A DNA stretch of 63,290 nt, filler included, from Perkinsus chesapeaki ATCC PRA-425 (GCA_013115145.1; 6 parts of 6 records of this genome joined end to end with filler, not necessarily neighbours in it); one strand, 5' to 3'; shown: positions 51,154 to 62,734, counted from the whole stretch's first letter. The notes: generated by a model not told the origin, from the letters alone. Numbers and translations are program-made.

Positions 51154-52236
51154 AGTTTAACATCCAATGGCCAGTGTAATTTAATATAATCAACGATAGC
51201 ATCACGTTGAATTTCTATCATTTCATAACCATCATAACCATAATCATAATATTCCCCTTCTCCTTGTTGCCTCTTAGTTGGAGATGTATGCTTCCAATGA
51301 GACCACTTCATTAAACTACTACTATCACTTGGAGAGTCACCACCACCACCTTCATGATGATGAATAGCGCAGCATTGAAGTATATTGCCAAACTCCCCAA
51401 AGTAGTAGTTGTTGTTGTTATTATCATTCTTCTTCGTAATATCCAATAATAACATATTCTTAACCTCTCCTTTCCAAGCCTAATGATATGAATACTGCAT
51501 AACAATAACAACAATAAGGTGGTTATAATAATAATAATACATACCTCTTTAATAGCCATACCACTCTCTCGTAAACTTGTCCAACTTTTATTAATAACAA
51601 CATCTTGCTTATCTATTGTTATGTTATTATCATTGTGTGATGTAAGCTGCATGATTAAACCTTTTAAAGATGACACCTAATAGTTTATAATAATATAATA
51701 TAATATTAATAATAACACTCACCAAATACGCTTTAATATCATTTTCACCTTCCTCCTTCTCTTCTTCCTTTTTATTATCGGTCAATAAAGCAGTTAAAGG
51801 GTCCTTTAGAGGGTTAGTAAGATACCTATATCAACAATAACATCGTTAACCATAGTAGTTGTTGTTGTTACCTAACACACACCCCTACAGCATAAGCTAA
51901 TGATAATACTGCTATATCTGATCCACCTAATCCACCAGTAGCCCCTTCAATCCATCTATTAGGGCTCTCATCATCGGTATAATATAATGAATAATCACTG
52001 CTGCTGCTGCTGCTACTTGATGATGATGCTGTTGTTGCTCTCCGTAAAGCCTTATGATGATGTACGCCTTTATTATTATATCTATTATCATTTAGTATTG
52101 GTATTATATCCTCCTCTAGAGGGAATGTCATATTAACATCATCATCATCATCACCATGGTCATCATCACGAGCATGGTCATGATCAGATAAGGGTGTTTC
52201 ATAATTAAGCATAGGAGACTCTCTTGGACCAGTCAT
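49032..52236 (-). CDS. Atypical protein kinase with an uncharacterised N-terminal region, multi-exon
   Basis: YQLIRYVGCGGFA, VFIKTF, VITELCTGGNL, FHGDIKCDN (49880-49903), RLGDYG, VDIWSIAL. Confidence 0.8.
51109..51153. repeat. (GAT)15 microsatellite encoding poly-Ser on the minus strand
   Basis: Pure trinucleotide run; one of many (GAT/AAT/TAG/CAG)n runs in contig 3. Confidence 0.95.
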
Positions 52237-52360
52237 TGGTGATAATCTAATAATAAAAAGAGCTTACAATTTAAGTTAATCCTACTACTGTCATTAATCA
52301 TGTTATTACGTCATTGACCTTCGTTTCTTATTATTATTATTTTTTCTTTTCCCTCTATTA

Positions 52361-53209
52361 TCACTTAATACCTTTGCCGCACATGGAGGCAATAGTCGCA
52401 ACTAATACCACCAAACTTTGGATCAACATCAACATCATCCATTATTATTACTATTTTCCTACACCTTTTTAGAGGTGGTAATGTATGCGATGATGAATAT
52501 GTTTTAATTGTATGTAGAAATATCTTAGCTATTGCTGGTAACCTATATACTTCTATACCTTTAGATGATAATGAACATACACTATATATTATCTGACAAT
52601 AACAACAACAACAAAGTACTACTACTACTACTACCAGTACTATTATTATTAACTTACTTCATTTAGAATATTATCTAACTGTATAATTGTTATATTATCA
52701 CAATCGAGTATTGATTTAATAGCTCCATACCATACTTTTAATATATCATCCTTCTTTGTGGTAAGTATCCCTCGTAATGTATTAATAAAGTGGATGCTGT
52801 TAAAGTAAGTATCCATATATTATTCTTTAATCGATCCTAACAGTATATATTATTACTAATCTTTTATTTTACTATTATCCTTCTCCTCCTCCTCCCCATC
52901 CTCCTGTTGCTGTTGTTTTTTCATACTATTATAAATATTACACCATGCATTACCTTCTATATACTCATAATACGATAATAATATATCACATTTAGCATCA
53001 TCATCATCACCCCAGCCACTATCTACTACTACCATTGATGGTGTTGGTAGTGGTAGGTTAGTCATCATCATCATCAAAAACAACAGTAACTATGCAATAA
53101 TTATTAGATCTAATGCTTATAGTATCATATATACAGCACGGACTCCATTAACGACGGAGCAGCATAACAACAAGACCATCAGAGTTGCGAAGAAGGCTAA
53201 AGGAGCCAT
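52361..53209 (-). CDS. Probable secreted or membrane protein of unknown function, multi-exon
   Basis: Signal-like MAPLAFFATLMVLLLCCSVVNG at 53209, internal open exons, and a possible hydrophobic C-terminus LVVLVATIASMC. Splicing not fully resolved. Confidence 0.4.
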
Positions 53210-53386
53210 TCAACCATTCAACATAAAATTGATGATGATGATGATGATGATGATGATTCCCACGGCGGCGGTACTCTCGTTGGTATACCTTGTTATACAA
53301 TATTCAATAATCTAATAATAGGACTAGTAGGAACTATTTAAGCACTATTCAACTACTATTAACACAACAACAACAATAATAATTCA

Positions 53387-54579
53387 TTAATATAATCTTT
53401 TTTTCTTTCCTTTATTAAATGCTTTCCATCCAGCAGTTCTTCTATCAAAGCTTTTAACTTCAGCATCCTTAGCTGCCACGAAGTTAGGATCATTAACATC
53501 TACTGCTTCACGTTCAGCTTGAGCATGCTAAATAATAGTAACATATAACCGTATGATTATAGGACATGATTTATACAGACTGCTCAAAAATGTCCAGCGC
53601 TGATCTGAATGTGATGTAGATCGAGTCTGAGGATGAAAATGGTAGCAATGGATCAGAAATTTGTTGCTCCTTCCATTGGTGTACCCAAAAAGGCGATTTT
53701 TTTAAAACTTCGCCGACTCCGGGAGGCTCAAGCACTAGTCGAAAGTGCATACCATCCTGATTACAACGGTGTCTTGGATGATGTCAGATTCGATCAAGTT
53801 GCGGAGAAATGCGAGATTAAGGTTCGATAATTTATGTTGGGCAGCCGCCATAACTTTCCTAATCCCACAGGGGATAGGGACCGTGCGCAGGTGAGTCGTA
53901 TACGAATGGAAAGAGCAACAAATTTCTGATCCATTGCTACCATTTTCATCCTCAGACTCGATCTACATCACATTCAGATCGGCGCTGGACAATTTTTCTG
54001 ACCAGTCTGTATATATCATACCATTATTATTATTACCTTTCTTTTCCTCTCTATCTTTTTCCATTTCCTTTCATCACTTTTTGCCTTTGATTTTGCCTCA
54101 ACTTCTCTTTTAAACACTTCTTCTATATTATTCCATATCCTTTCCCTTTCCCCATATGTTGACGCTTTCCACCATCTATACAACCATTCTTTAAAAAGAC
54201 CTTAAACCCCATATTACTATTACTTCCATGAATACTCCTCCTCCTCCTCCTCCTTAGCCTTCCTCCTCCCTTTATCCTTATCCTTCCTTCTTCCTTTACC
54301 CATAACATCCATTAACCTTTTAAATGCTTCCTCTGCTCTACTATCATTACATTTATCTGGATGTACCTACTACTACCCCATCAGATGCCATCCTGCCCCC
54401 CTTATTAGTACCAATAATGCTAACCTTCTAAAGTTAGCTTTACATAATTCTTCTTTATCCTCACCATTAGCATTGATGCATAACATTGTATCCATATCAT
54501 TTGTATTTAATATATGTCTTATAGCATCTTCTGATGATGATGACTGAGGTAGTAAACTATTCATATTATTACTTCCCAT
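53387..54579 (-). CDS. J-domain (DnaJ/Hsp40, DNAJC8-like) protein, multi-exon
   Basis: KANFRRLALL|VHPDKCNDSRAEEAFKRL (HPD motif), charged middle region, and a last exon ending FDRRTAGWKAFNKGKKKRLY*. Confidence 0.85.
53576..54009. mobile_element. Non-autonomous Tc1/mariner-type MITE (434 bp) in an intron of the J-domain gene
   Basis: TA at 53574-75 and 54010-11. Inverted repeats of about 110 bp (53576-53684 and 53898-54009) start CAGACTG. Confidence 0.93.
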
Positions 54580-54708
54580 TAACAACCATTATTACGACCA
54601 TCCTATACATTTAATATTCTTTAACTATTTAGCACAATACCAATTTATATCCAAAAAAGTTAAACTTAAGGTGCGTATGTCTTATCATCATCATGCCCAT
54701 CATCATCA

Positions 54709-55276
54709 TTATCTATGTGTTGATGTTGTTCCCCCCTTTGCTGATGGTAACCTTGATCCAAGTGTTCTATTCAACTTCTGTACTATAGCTCCATTAGGTA
54801 TAGCTTTACCAGATTCATATCTACTTATATATATTATTATTTATATATTACTATTACTACTCATTAATAACACTTGGTTTTTCATTAATTGCCTTTGCTA
54901 AATCCGCCTGGCTCATTTTCTTAGCTAATCTAGCTTGTTGTAAGGCTGTTTTAAATTCAGTTGATACTCTAGCATGACGGAAGACCTACTATAATAATAA
55001 CGATCATAAAAATTAATCACGACCACCTCTGCATCTGCATCCAATTTGGTAGCATTAGGACATACACTCTTCAAGCTTAGATTCTGTCCACCCCCGAACT
55101 TCTTTTCAACAGCTACTTCTTCACCAGATCTATTATCACTATTATTACTACTATTACTATGACTACTACCTTCTAGCAGCATTAACTGCCTTTTTGTCAG
55201 ATGTCTTACCAGGCCTTCTTTTATCAAATACTACTGTATCCCAATCTTGAGATGTGTTAAAGTCTGATCTTACCAT
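54709..55276 (-). CDS. MBF1: Multiprotein bridging factor 1, 4 exons
   Basis: MVRSDFNTSQDWDTVV...AARR|SGEEVAVEKKFGGG...KLD|...ALQQARLAKKMSQADLAKAINEKPSVINE|YESGKAIPNGAIVQKLNRTLG; all junctions in phase. Confidence 0.95.
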
Positions 55277-55372
55277 ATTAATAACAAAAAGGAGCTGATA
55301 ACTAGTAGTAAGTCCCAACACAAATACATTAATATATTGTATGTTGATAATTATATATTGGTAATATTATTA

Positions 55373-56390
55373 TCAAGGTAAACAACCTTCTAGTATCCTC
55401 GCTAAATCAGCTTCATAGTCGAAGACAACGTTATCAGTACAAATACACGTATTTGATAATATACCCCCACCACCATTCCCCCCTTCTTCGCTATTTGATA
55501 TAGGTCCGTGAGCTTTCTCAAACTCTTGTCTGAATAATAAGTATTAATATAAGTATCATCAACCCTTATTATTACATATTAATTTCCCTTTTATTTTTTA
55601 AAGCCTCGTTTAATCTTTTTGGATTCCTTTTGGCTTCAGCTTTTAATTTTTGTCGAAGTTGTGATGTTGTTTTAGTTGATCCAAATACAGTTGATATCAA
55701 CATTAGATCAGGACCATATAACTGTAATCCTTTATAAAACAAGTTAGTCTCCTCTTTTGACCATTTACCACCAATAGACTTCTTATATGCATATTTGTAT
55801 GCATTTTGTCCAGATTCATCCTAATATATATATGATCAACCCTATATTACCATCATTACTACCCTTGTTTCCATTAATTGATTAATTGTTCCTATACTAG
55901 GACCCCTATCATCATCTTTATTATCACTAACTTCTTCAATAACTATATTACCACTTTCATCAAATTTTAATTGTGGATGTGTCCCACTATTATTAATATT
56001 ATTATTTCTATTATAACAATTATACCGTATTAACTCGGTCACATCGTCATTAACATCATTAACTTTATTATTATTATCGGTATCTTGCCCAGATTCATCA
56101 TCATTATTACTAGTACCAGCACTTTTTATAATATCCCCTATATTAGTAGTATGATTATTATCTTTATTTCTTATACGTGGTTCTTCAATCTTTCTATTTA
56201 TGCCATTAGTCAATATCGCACTGGCTTGTGGTGTATCTTCTCTTAATAATTGTGTCATACTTCTCAACCTTCTACCAAGCCTTCTGGCTATTGCTGTCTC
56301 ACTTATTTTATCATCATTTATAACCCTTTCTACCCTCTTTCTTTTAGATCTCCTAACTGTTGATGATGATGATGAAGAGGAGGAGGCCAT
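55373..56390 (-). CDS. BDP1: TFIIIB B'' subunit (BDP1)-like SANT/Myb-domain protein, multi-exon
   Basis: AYKYAYKK...KWSKEETNLFYKGLQLYGPDLMLISTVF...QLRQKLKAEAKRNPKKINEALK, the characteristic Bdp1 SANT domain. Confidence 0.8.
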
Positions 56391-56580
56391 CAGGAAAACT
56401 ATACAATCAGCTCAACTTAACAACACCAACAACCAACACCAGTATTATGCTAATATTAACTTCTCTTCGACAGTTTAGCGCTCGCCCTAATAATCGATTT
56501 AAGATCTTGTTAAGGTCCCACGGAGATTGATCGCCATTTGATGAACTCGATGACATGGTGGATAGACAATAGTGAATTAG

Positions 56581-56680
56581 NNNNNNNNNNNNNNNNNNNN
56601 NNNNNNNNNNNNNNNNNNNNNNNNTTAATTAATTAANNNNNNNNNNNNNNNNNNNNNNNNNNNNNNNNNNNNNNNNNNNN
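56581..56680. other. Artificial contig spacer
   Basis: 44 N + TTAATTAATTAA + 44 N. Confidence 0.99.
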
Positions 56681-57959
56681 GCCAGATGATTAGCCCATGA
56701 GTGCATTAATTGTTGTGTTACAAGGATCGGCTCGCGAAGGCGAAGATACTGTAAAAGATAATCAGTAGGCAGCTTGGCAAGCAAGACTTGATTAGCAAAG
56801 TATCGTGACTCGTTCGTCGGGCCGTTAGCTCCTCAGAGACTCATCACTAAGAGCCTAGGAGATTCCTTCCAGCTGAATTGACGTCTTATTTTGTAGAGTC
56901 CTATTCTGTCATTAGCCGCTCGCTAATGCTAGATAACGGAAGCTCTGTCGTAGTCAACCGATTCGGAAAAATTAGGCAGGCAACGTGTCGTACATCAAGA
57001 CGGACACAACGTAGCCCCACCCAAACAGCGTAATCACCCTAAACCATCCACACATTACATAACATAGACGCTATATATTACGACAGGCGAAAACTATAGG
57101 ATAAAGAGGGCTTCATGGAAAATGCGGTGGCTCTATGTTGGCACTTTGCCTCATACTGCCGCAGCAGCACGGTGGCCGCGGCACTGTGTGTGTGAGTTTC
57201 TGGTTCAATGTGAGTATATAAAGTTAGTGGGAATCTCTCCTTTGTATTATGGTCATGTTAATCTGAGCTAATCTCGCTTACCCTTGGAGAATAAACCAAA
57301 CGTTGGATGACAGAGACATTTAGTTGGAGCAGCTACAAGTTACATTCACAACTCTGATAGCAAAATATCATGTATAAAGCGTTTGCTTCGTGGGCACAGG
57401 TTGCCCGTGCTGATAGGCGATGATCGCGAAGGGAAACGAACAATGCTGCAGACTTGAGACTGTAGAAAAAGGCTTTGACTTGACATTTTACTACTTAATA
57501 TGTTACATTAGGCAGGTTACGGCTTAATGCAGTGACAGCTACCGGTATGACTGCAGTGGCATCTGTCATGAGAACATTCTATACATTGCGGCTTTACGCT
57601 CAGCTGGCGCAACAGGCCCCTCTTGTCGTGATCGATGCTGCTTTTCATACCGACAACTCCCAAGAATATTACAACGATGTCGATGAAGAGTCGCATAAGT
57701 GCGGGTAAAAGGAGGATGAGCTGAGCTGGTATTATCGGGCGTCGCACAGCAACGTCGATTGAAATGGTCCTTAATAACGAGCAAGTACATGATACAGCAA
57801 TCACGTCTTCCTGCTCTAAGGCTACTGGCCTTAATCATCATCATCTGCTCCTTCCTCGGGCCTCGAAACACTCGGCGAGTCTTGACGGCTCGAGAACTTG
57901 GACCTTCTTATCTGCTGTTTTTTTAACAGTGGCATGCAGAATACAAATATACAGAACTA

Positions 57960-58900
57960 GCCCTCGCGGGCAGATATACTACGCCCTTGCGGGCATACGA
58001 AAAAGCCCTTGCGGGCGAACCAAATCACAGAAGGCACCGACGAGCATCGAGATGCTGCATCAGGGCCGCGAAGAGCCGATTGAAGGCCTTGCGGCGCTTC
58101 AAATCAACAATCATCTTATAGAAATGATAGGGGACACCACCTTTAACGCGTTTCCTGGCATGCTCTAGGAGCGGACAGGAACGCAGGAGGTGCCTTAAAT
58201 TCCCTATCGGGGCTCCAGTGGAGCCGCTCCACAATCACACTCCGGAGAGTTGATTACCCCACATCTGTGAAGATGTGCTGGGGTTGGAGCCCTGCCAAAC
58301 ACTACAGCACTACCTGCTGGGGTAACCTCCCCACGACTCCACAGCCTCGCATGCGAGGCGCAGTAAAAGAAGTCGTTGCAGGCAGTGCCTAAACCAGCCC
58401 GTTTCTCTGACCACCACTTGCGCAGTGCCAGGAGCCCGGCTTCGGCTTGATATCGCCGGAGGGTCCTCACACTGATTTCCGTCTCCGAGGAGACTTCCGT
58501 CATGGAGGCACCCTTGGCAGCCAATTCATCAGCTCAGTCATTGGCAAACATGCCGCTGTGACCAGGTACCCAATGAAAGGTGACCTTGTCCGGGAGTCCA
58601 GCCAAGAGCAGAGTAATCTGCCTGGCCTTATCCCGCCGAGCTACCGTAGATCTCGACGACAGGATCTTGAGTACCGCCCGAGAGTCCGTGAAGACCTCCC
58701 AGCTTTCCTCTTGATCTGCCGCCGAGACAACCCAGCGGACTGCTTCCAGAACTCCGAGGAGTTCGCAGTCCGTAATAGTAGCGTAAGAGGAGAACTTCCA
58801 GCAGCCAGCGTGGAGCTCTACACCCTTACGGTATACCACCATGCCAGCGCCGGCCTTGCGGTCTTTGACAACCGATGTGGTCCGCACAGCAACGTCAATA
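57960..58900 (-). mobile_element. 5'-truncated non-LTR retrotransposon (RNase H-containing LINE, I/Ingi/Tad/R1-type): RNase H, CCHC and 3' UTR
   Basis: AGAG...CELLGVLEAV...VFTDSRAVL...FHWVPGHSGMFAND*ADELAAKG (in-frame TGA), then SPECDCG / HLLRSCP split by a frameshift. Confidence 0.85.
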
Positions 58901-59228
58901 ATAGCGAAATATGATCTCTAGACTACTGCGGTTTCCGAGACGACTTCAGTCCCACCCGCCCATAGCTTGTGTCATGTATGTTGTGAGCAACTGCGAGCTT
59001 CGTCCCCCCTAAGGTTGCCTGAAATGAGATCTAATTTCCCAAGAAAAGTTGCCTAAGATACGTCCCTTGTCTGGTGGATCTGCTTGAGCCTTCGTACCAG
59101 CATCCGCGGTGTATGATATATGTACAAGAATAGTGTATTACGCATACATGAACGATTGTCTGATTCGTTTGATTTTCTTGTTCGCGGCGCATATCATATC
59201 GTGGCGTATTATGTAGGTGCCCCTGCAA

Positions 59229-59252
59229 CAGTGGCGTAGCTGGGGGGGGGCG

Positions 59253-59294
<42 letters not shown>

Positions 59295-59313
59295 CGGCCG
59301 GCCGCCCCCCGCG

Positions 59314-59356
<43 letters not shown>

Positions 59357-59373
59357 GGGGGGGGGGGGGGGGG
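59229..59373 (+). mobile_element. Possible left end of a non-autonomous hAT-like element, truncated by the gap
   Basis: CAGTGGCGTAGC followed by a G-rich tract with GGGGCGGCCGGCCGCCCC. Resembles CAG(G/T)GGCG-type hAT termini from recollection. The other end is absent and the G-run length is unreliable. Confidence 0.4.
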
Positions 59374-59473
59374 NNNNNNNNNNNNNNNNNNNNNNNNNNN
59401 NNNNNNNNNNNNNNNNNTTAATTAATTAANNNNNNNNNNNNNNNNNNNNNNNNNNNNNNNNNNNNNNNNNNNN
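59374..59473. other. Artificial contig spacer
   Basis: 44 N + TTAATTAATTAA + 44 N. Confidence 0.99.
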
Positions 59474-61408
59474 ACTCCCACCAGAAAACGTGGCAAATCC
59501 TCCTAGACCCGATAAGCAAGCATCCGAAGCAACCACAACATGGTACTGGATCGAAACATCAACGAACTTGCCAACGTAGAGAATAGGCAAAATGAGTCGT
59601 TTGTTCTGTAAAATTGTCAGCCAAAACCTCGCGACCTTTGCAGTCTTACTTGTCGGAGCTATATGTAAGATGCGCAAGCCGCGGGCATCAAAAATCGATA
59701 ACAACGAGTAAAACGGTTGTAAAAAGGATTTAAGATAAGGGCAAACATTACATATGAACAAAAGCTGCCCAGTTATCCGGGCTATAGAACGACCCGTACA
59801 ATAATGCTCCGATAGTAAAGTCATAAGGGAATTGCTAACTTTAGAAATGATTTCACGTTTTGGAGAAATAGAAATCGTAAAATCATTAAGGGATAACTCA
59901 TATCCTATATATGTTAGCGAATCAATATTAAACTGACACTTTTTCCATGACAACGATACTCCCAAAACCCTCCACAACAATAGAGTTATACTAGATGCAT
60001 AAGGATATACAAACGAAGGAGCTAATAACAAACCATCGTCGACATAAATAAAGAAACAATGAGGAATGCCAGCTAAATAAGTATGCAGCAGCTCTCTCTG
60101 CAGTCTGCTTATGCATGCAGCCAATCTGCACCAATGATAAGGTGCGACTTTAGTGCCAAACGGCACAGCGGCATGTTCATAATAGTGATGGTTCACCGAA
60201 GTTGATAACCGGAATCGTTCGGATTCTCGAACATAAATATGTCGGAAGGCAGACGATATATCGAAACTCATGAAATGAGGCTGTAAATCTTCTTTGCGAT
60301 GCCCAAGGGACATCGAATGATCACCACAAGTCGTCGAACACTTTGTTCCCGATCGCAATTCTTCTGAAATTGCGCATAAACAATCTTGCGTTACCCGTTG
60401 CAAGTCCTGCAAGCGGGGTAAACTCACCGTTTCAGAAGGTCGCATGCGAGCGTTGAGGTGGTTCCTCCTGTAATCTTCTACTATCCTAAAACGAGAGGAT
60501 AAGGGCTCACTAGATCCAGCTATAGACGACTTCTTTTCCAGTAACGCCATACGGGCGAAAACACGTCTCGGATCCGCTGCCTCGACGTTAGTAATTTGTC
60601 TCATCCTTCCAAGCTTAACTTCGTCCTGTATCAATTCCTCAGTGACCGCAGGATTATTCTCAACGCTCTGATAATTAGCACGGAATCGCAATCGAAGCTC
60701 TTCTAGAGCTACTGCCTGGGCGTCTTTGGAATAAGCTGGGAAGAGACCTGTTGGTTCCAGAGGTTCGTCTATCCCAAGTGAGACTCCGGAATCAATTTCA
60801 TGAGGCAAACTCGTATCAAGATCTCTTAGGGATTGTATGAAGGCCTGCAGAAGTTCAGGTCTCAATGGTGAACCACATTGAGATTTACGACCCGAACAGC
60901 CCAAAAGACAACATAGAGAACGACGACAGTGCTCAGCCGCTTCTTCGAACTTTGTATCAAGCCTTTTCAGCTTGTCAAGGGATGGGTGACCCTTGATTGA
61001 CTTGAGTAATTCGGGAAGGCCGAAAAGTGCCATCGACTCCTCAAAAACCTCTAGGATGGGAAGTGACTGGTCTCTCGATGATGAACATACGAATTCACTC
61101 GGGAGAGGAGCTCCAACCCCTGTCCCGTCACGGACCTCCTTGGAAGACTGCTCTCTTACTTTCTCGATGCCGTTATGCAACAATAGATCGACATGTCCCT
61201 GAATCATCTCATCATCTGGCGCTTCCCATGGCTTGCCAGTAGCTTGATATGGCACGTAGTCCGGACGAAGAAAAGTCCTAGGGGGGCTATGTATCTGAGC
61301 CTTCTCCCTCCTACGGGCAGAATACCTCTTCTTCTGGCGGAGCTTTGCAGCTGTCGAACGACGAGATCTGTATGGCATTAGAAGAACAAGTGTAAGAGCT
61401 AAAGACAT
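59474..61408 (-). CDS. Reverse transcriptase-RNase H polyprotein (3'-truncated by the gap)
   Basis: About 645 stop-free codons: FRIVEDYRRNHLN, FDISSAFRHI, VPFG...PYHW, YVDD, LTYIGY, ITGQLLF...FLQPFY, and RNase H VASDACLSGLGG. Confidence 0.93.
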
Positions 61409-61534
61409 GTCTACAATACATACACGCTTATACTAACACCAACATTATTAAGTTACCGAATACAGTTAATATGCAAGACTGCAACTTGTAATGTCAGCCT
61501 AGCGAACTACCATTGGCGACTACTGAGAACACTC

Positions 61535-62050
61535 TTACTTTGGAGAACTTGGATGGCCAGCCGACTTTTGGCCATTCAAACGTAGCGACTTCGAAGAGCC
61601 GCTCTGATCGTCATCACTTCGCTGAGTTCGTTTATTCCCCTGTTCAGGGGTTTCGGTCGACTTCTTATGAGTCTGTGAATTCTTGTGGCCTTTTTGTGGA
61701 GTAGATGGAGCTCGACCCAAATTCGTAGTAAGAGAGAGGGTAACAACCTCAGACGCTCGTGCAGACCATTGACCCCAATCTTGGTAACACTGACCAATCG
61801 ATAAAGCTCCACCTCTGCAAGTAGATTCCATGGCCATCCGAACAGCTACATCGACGCGGCCAGCTGTCCGGAAACCATATTGATCTGCGAACCACAGAAT
61901 CTTATCGAGGTAAGCCAATAGATCCACTACTTGGACTTTGACCTTTCCTGTAGTAGCCTCTTCGTCGTCAGTCGAACTCGAAGATTCAGCCAGATCCACG
62001 TCTTCTTGAGCAACAAGCAAAGCGATGCCGAAGACTAAAAAGCACTGCAC
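61535..62050 (-). CDS. Gag-like ORF1 of the retrotransposon (5' part probably lost in the gap)
   Basis: LLAYLDKILWFADQYGFRTAGRVDVAVR resembles the Y..I..LA..Y...A..YD...R block of DIRS-type ORF1s; same strand and directly upstream of pol. Confidence 0.55.
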   Translation of the reverse strand: MQCFLVFGIALLVAQEDVDLAESSSSTDDEEATTGKVKVQVVDLLAYLDKILWFADQYGFRTAGRVDVAVRMAMESTCRGGALSIGQCYQDWGQWSARASEVVTLSLTTNLGRAPSTPQKGHKNSQTHKKSTETPEQGNKRTQRSDDDQSGSSKSLRLNGQKSAGHPSSPK

Positions 62051-62091
62051 CCAATGTGATGAGAAACTTCTTGACTTGTCAGAGTCGGAGG

Positions 62092-62191
62092 NNNNNNNNN
62101 NNNNNNNNNNNNNNNNNNNNNNNNNNNNNNNNNNNTTAATTAATTAANNNNNNNNNNNNNNNNNNNNNNNNNNNNNNNNNNNNNNNNNNNN
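62092..62191. other. Artificial contig spacer
   Basis: 44 N + TTAATTAATTAA + 44 N. Confidence 0.99.
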
Positions 62192-62683
62192 GTGGTGGTA
62201 ATGCTGAGTCAAGTTATACCGGCTTCTCCACGGATAGGCTAAGGCCTCCCGTGGGCCCTTCACCATCAAGCTCATGATTTTCGTAAGGGAGATACCTCAA
62301 GTTGGAGAAGTCGGATAATAATAACTCATGTGGTATTGTATAAGGTACCTATCCCTCAAAGCCTCATTAAGCCTTCTACCATAGCATTTCAGCAATATAT
62401 CGAAAAACGCACAAGTTGCATCCTCACGTGGTAAGACTGGCTAGGTAGAAGAAGACTAACAGTTAACCATCGTATACCTAGTGAATTTTGAGGGGCACCC
62501 CGTCCGCTGCGACAGGTGGGACACCAGTGGAGTCACACCACCATAGTCTACGGTCCGTAGACGATCAAGACCATCACAGTTAACGCGCGATGTGCGTTAA
62601 TCACTGAAATGCCATTTCATTGTCGCGGTAAGTTGGAAATTTGCAAACCGAGTTCACGGAAGTGTCTTCGGCCATCGTTTTAG

Positions 62684-62734
62684 CGGTTCGCTATTATCTA
62701 TGTTACCACTGGTAACATAGATAATAGCGAACCG
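62684..62734. repeat. Perfect 25-bp-arm palindrome with a 1-nt centre
   Basis: CGGTTCGCTATTATCTATGTTACCA-C-TGGTAACATAGATAATAGCGAACCG. Confidence 0.97.

Larger units (their letters stand above)
59474..62091 (-). mobile_element. DIRS/Ngaro-like (tyrosine-recombinase class) retrotransposon, internal part
   Basis: A gag-like ORF1 followed by an uninterrupted RT-RNase H ORF; both ends are cut by gaps. No recombinase ORF is visible, so the class is inferred from the RT/RNH style. Confidence 0.75.

Noticed and set aside
51868-51945. Patatin-like GGLGG / VLSL motif
   Set aside because: No DGGGxRG, GxSxG or DGG motifs, and the next exon does not continue a patatin fold.
59241-59373. Long poly-G as a G-quadruplex element
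   Set aside because: It sits at a contig end, where long G runs are a typical sequencing or assembly artefact; the length cannot be trusted.
59217-59473. Gly-rich ORF 59217-59429, and the apparent extension of the pol ORF to 59426
   Set aside because: They run through poly-G, N blocks and the artificial linker; these are assembly artefacts.
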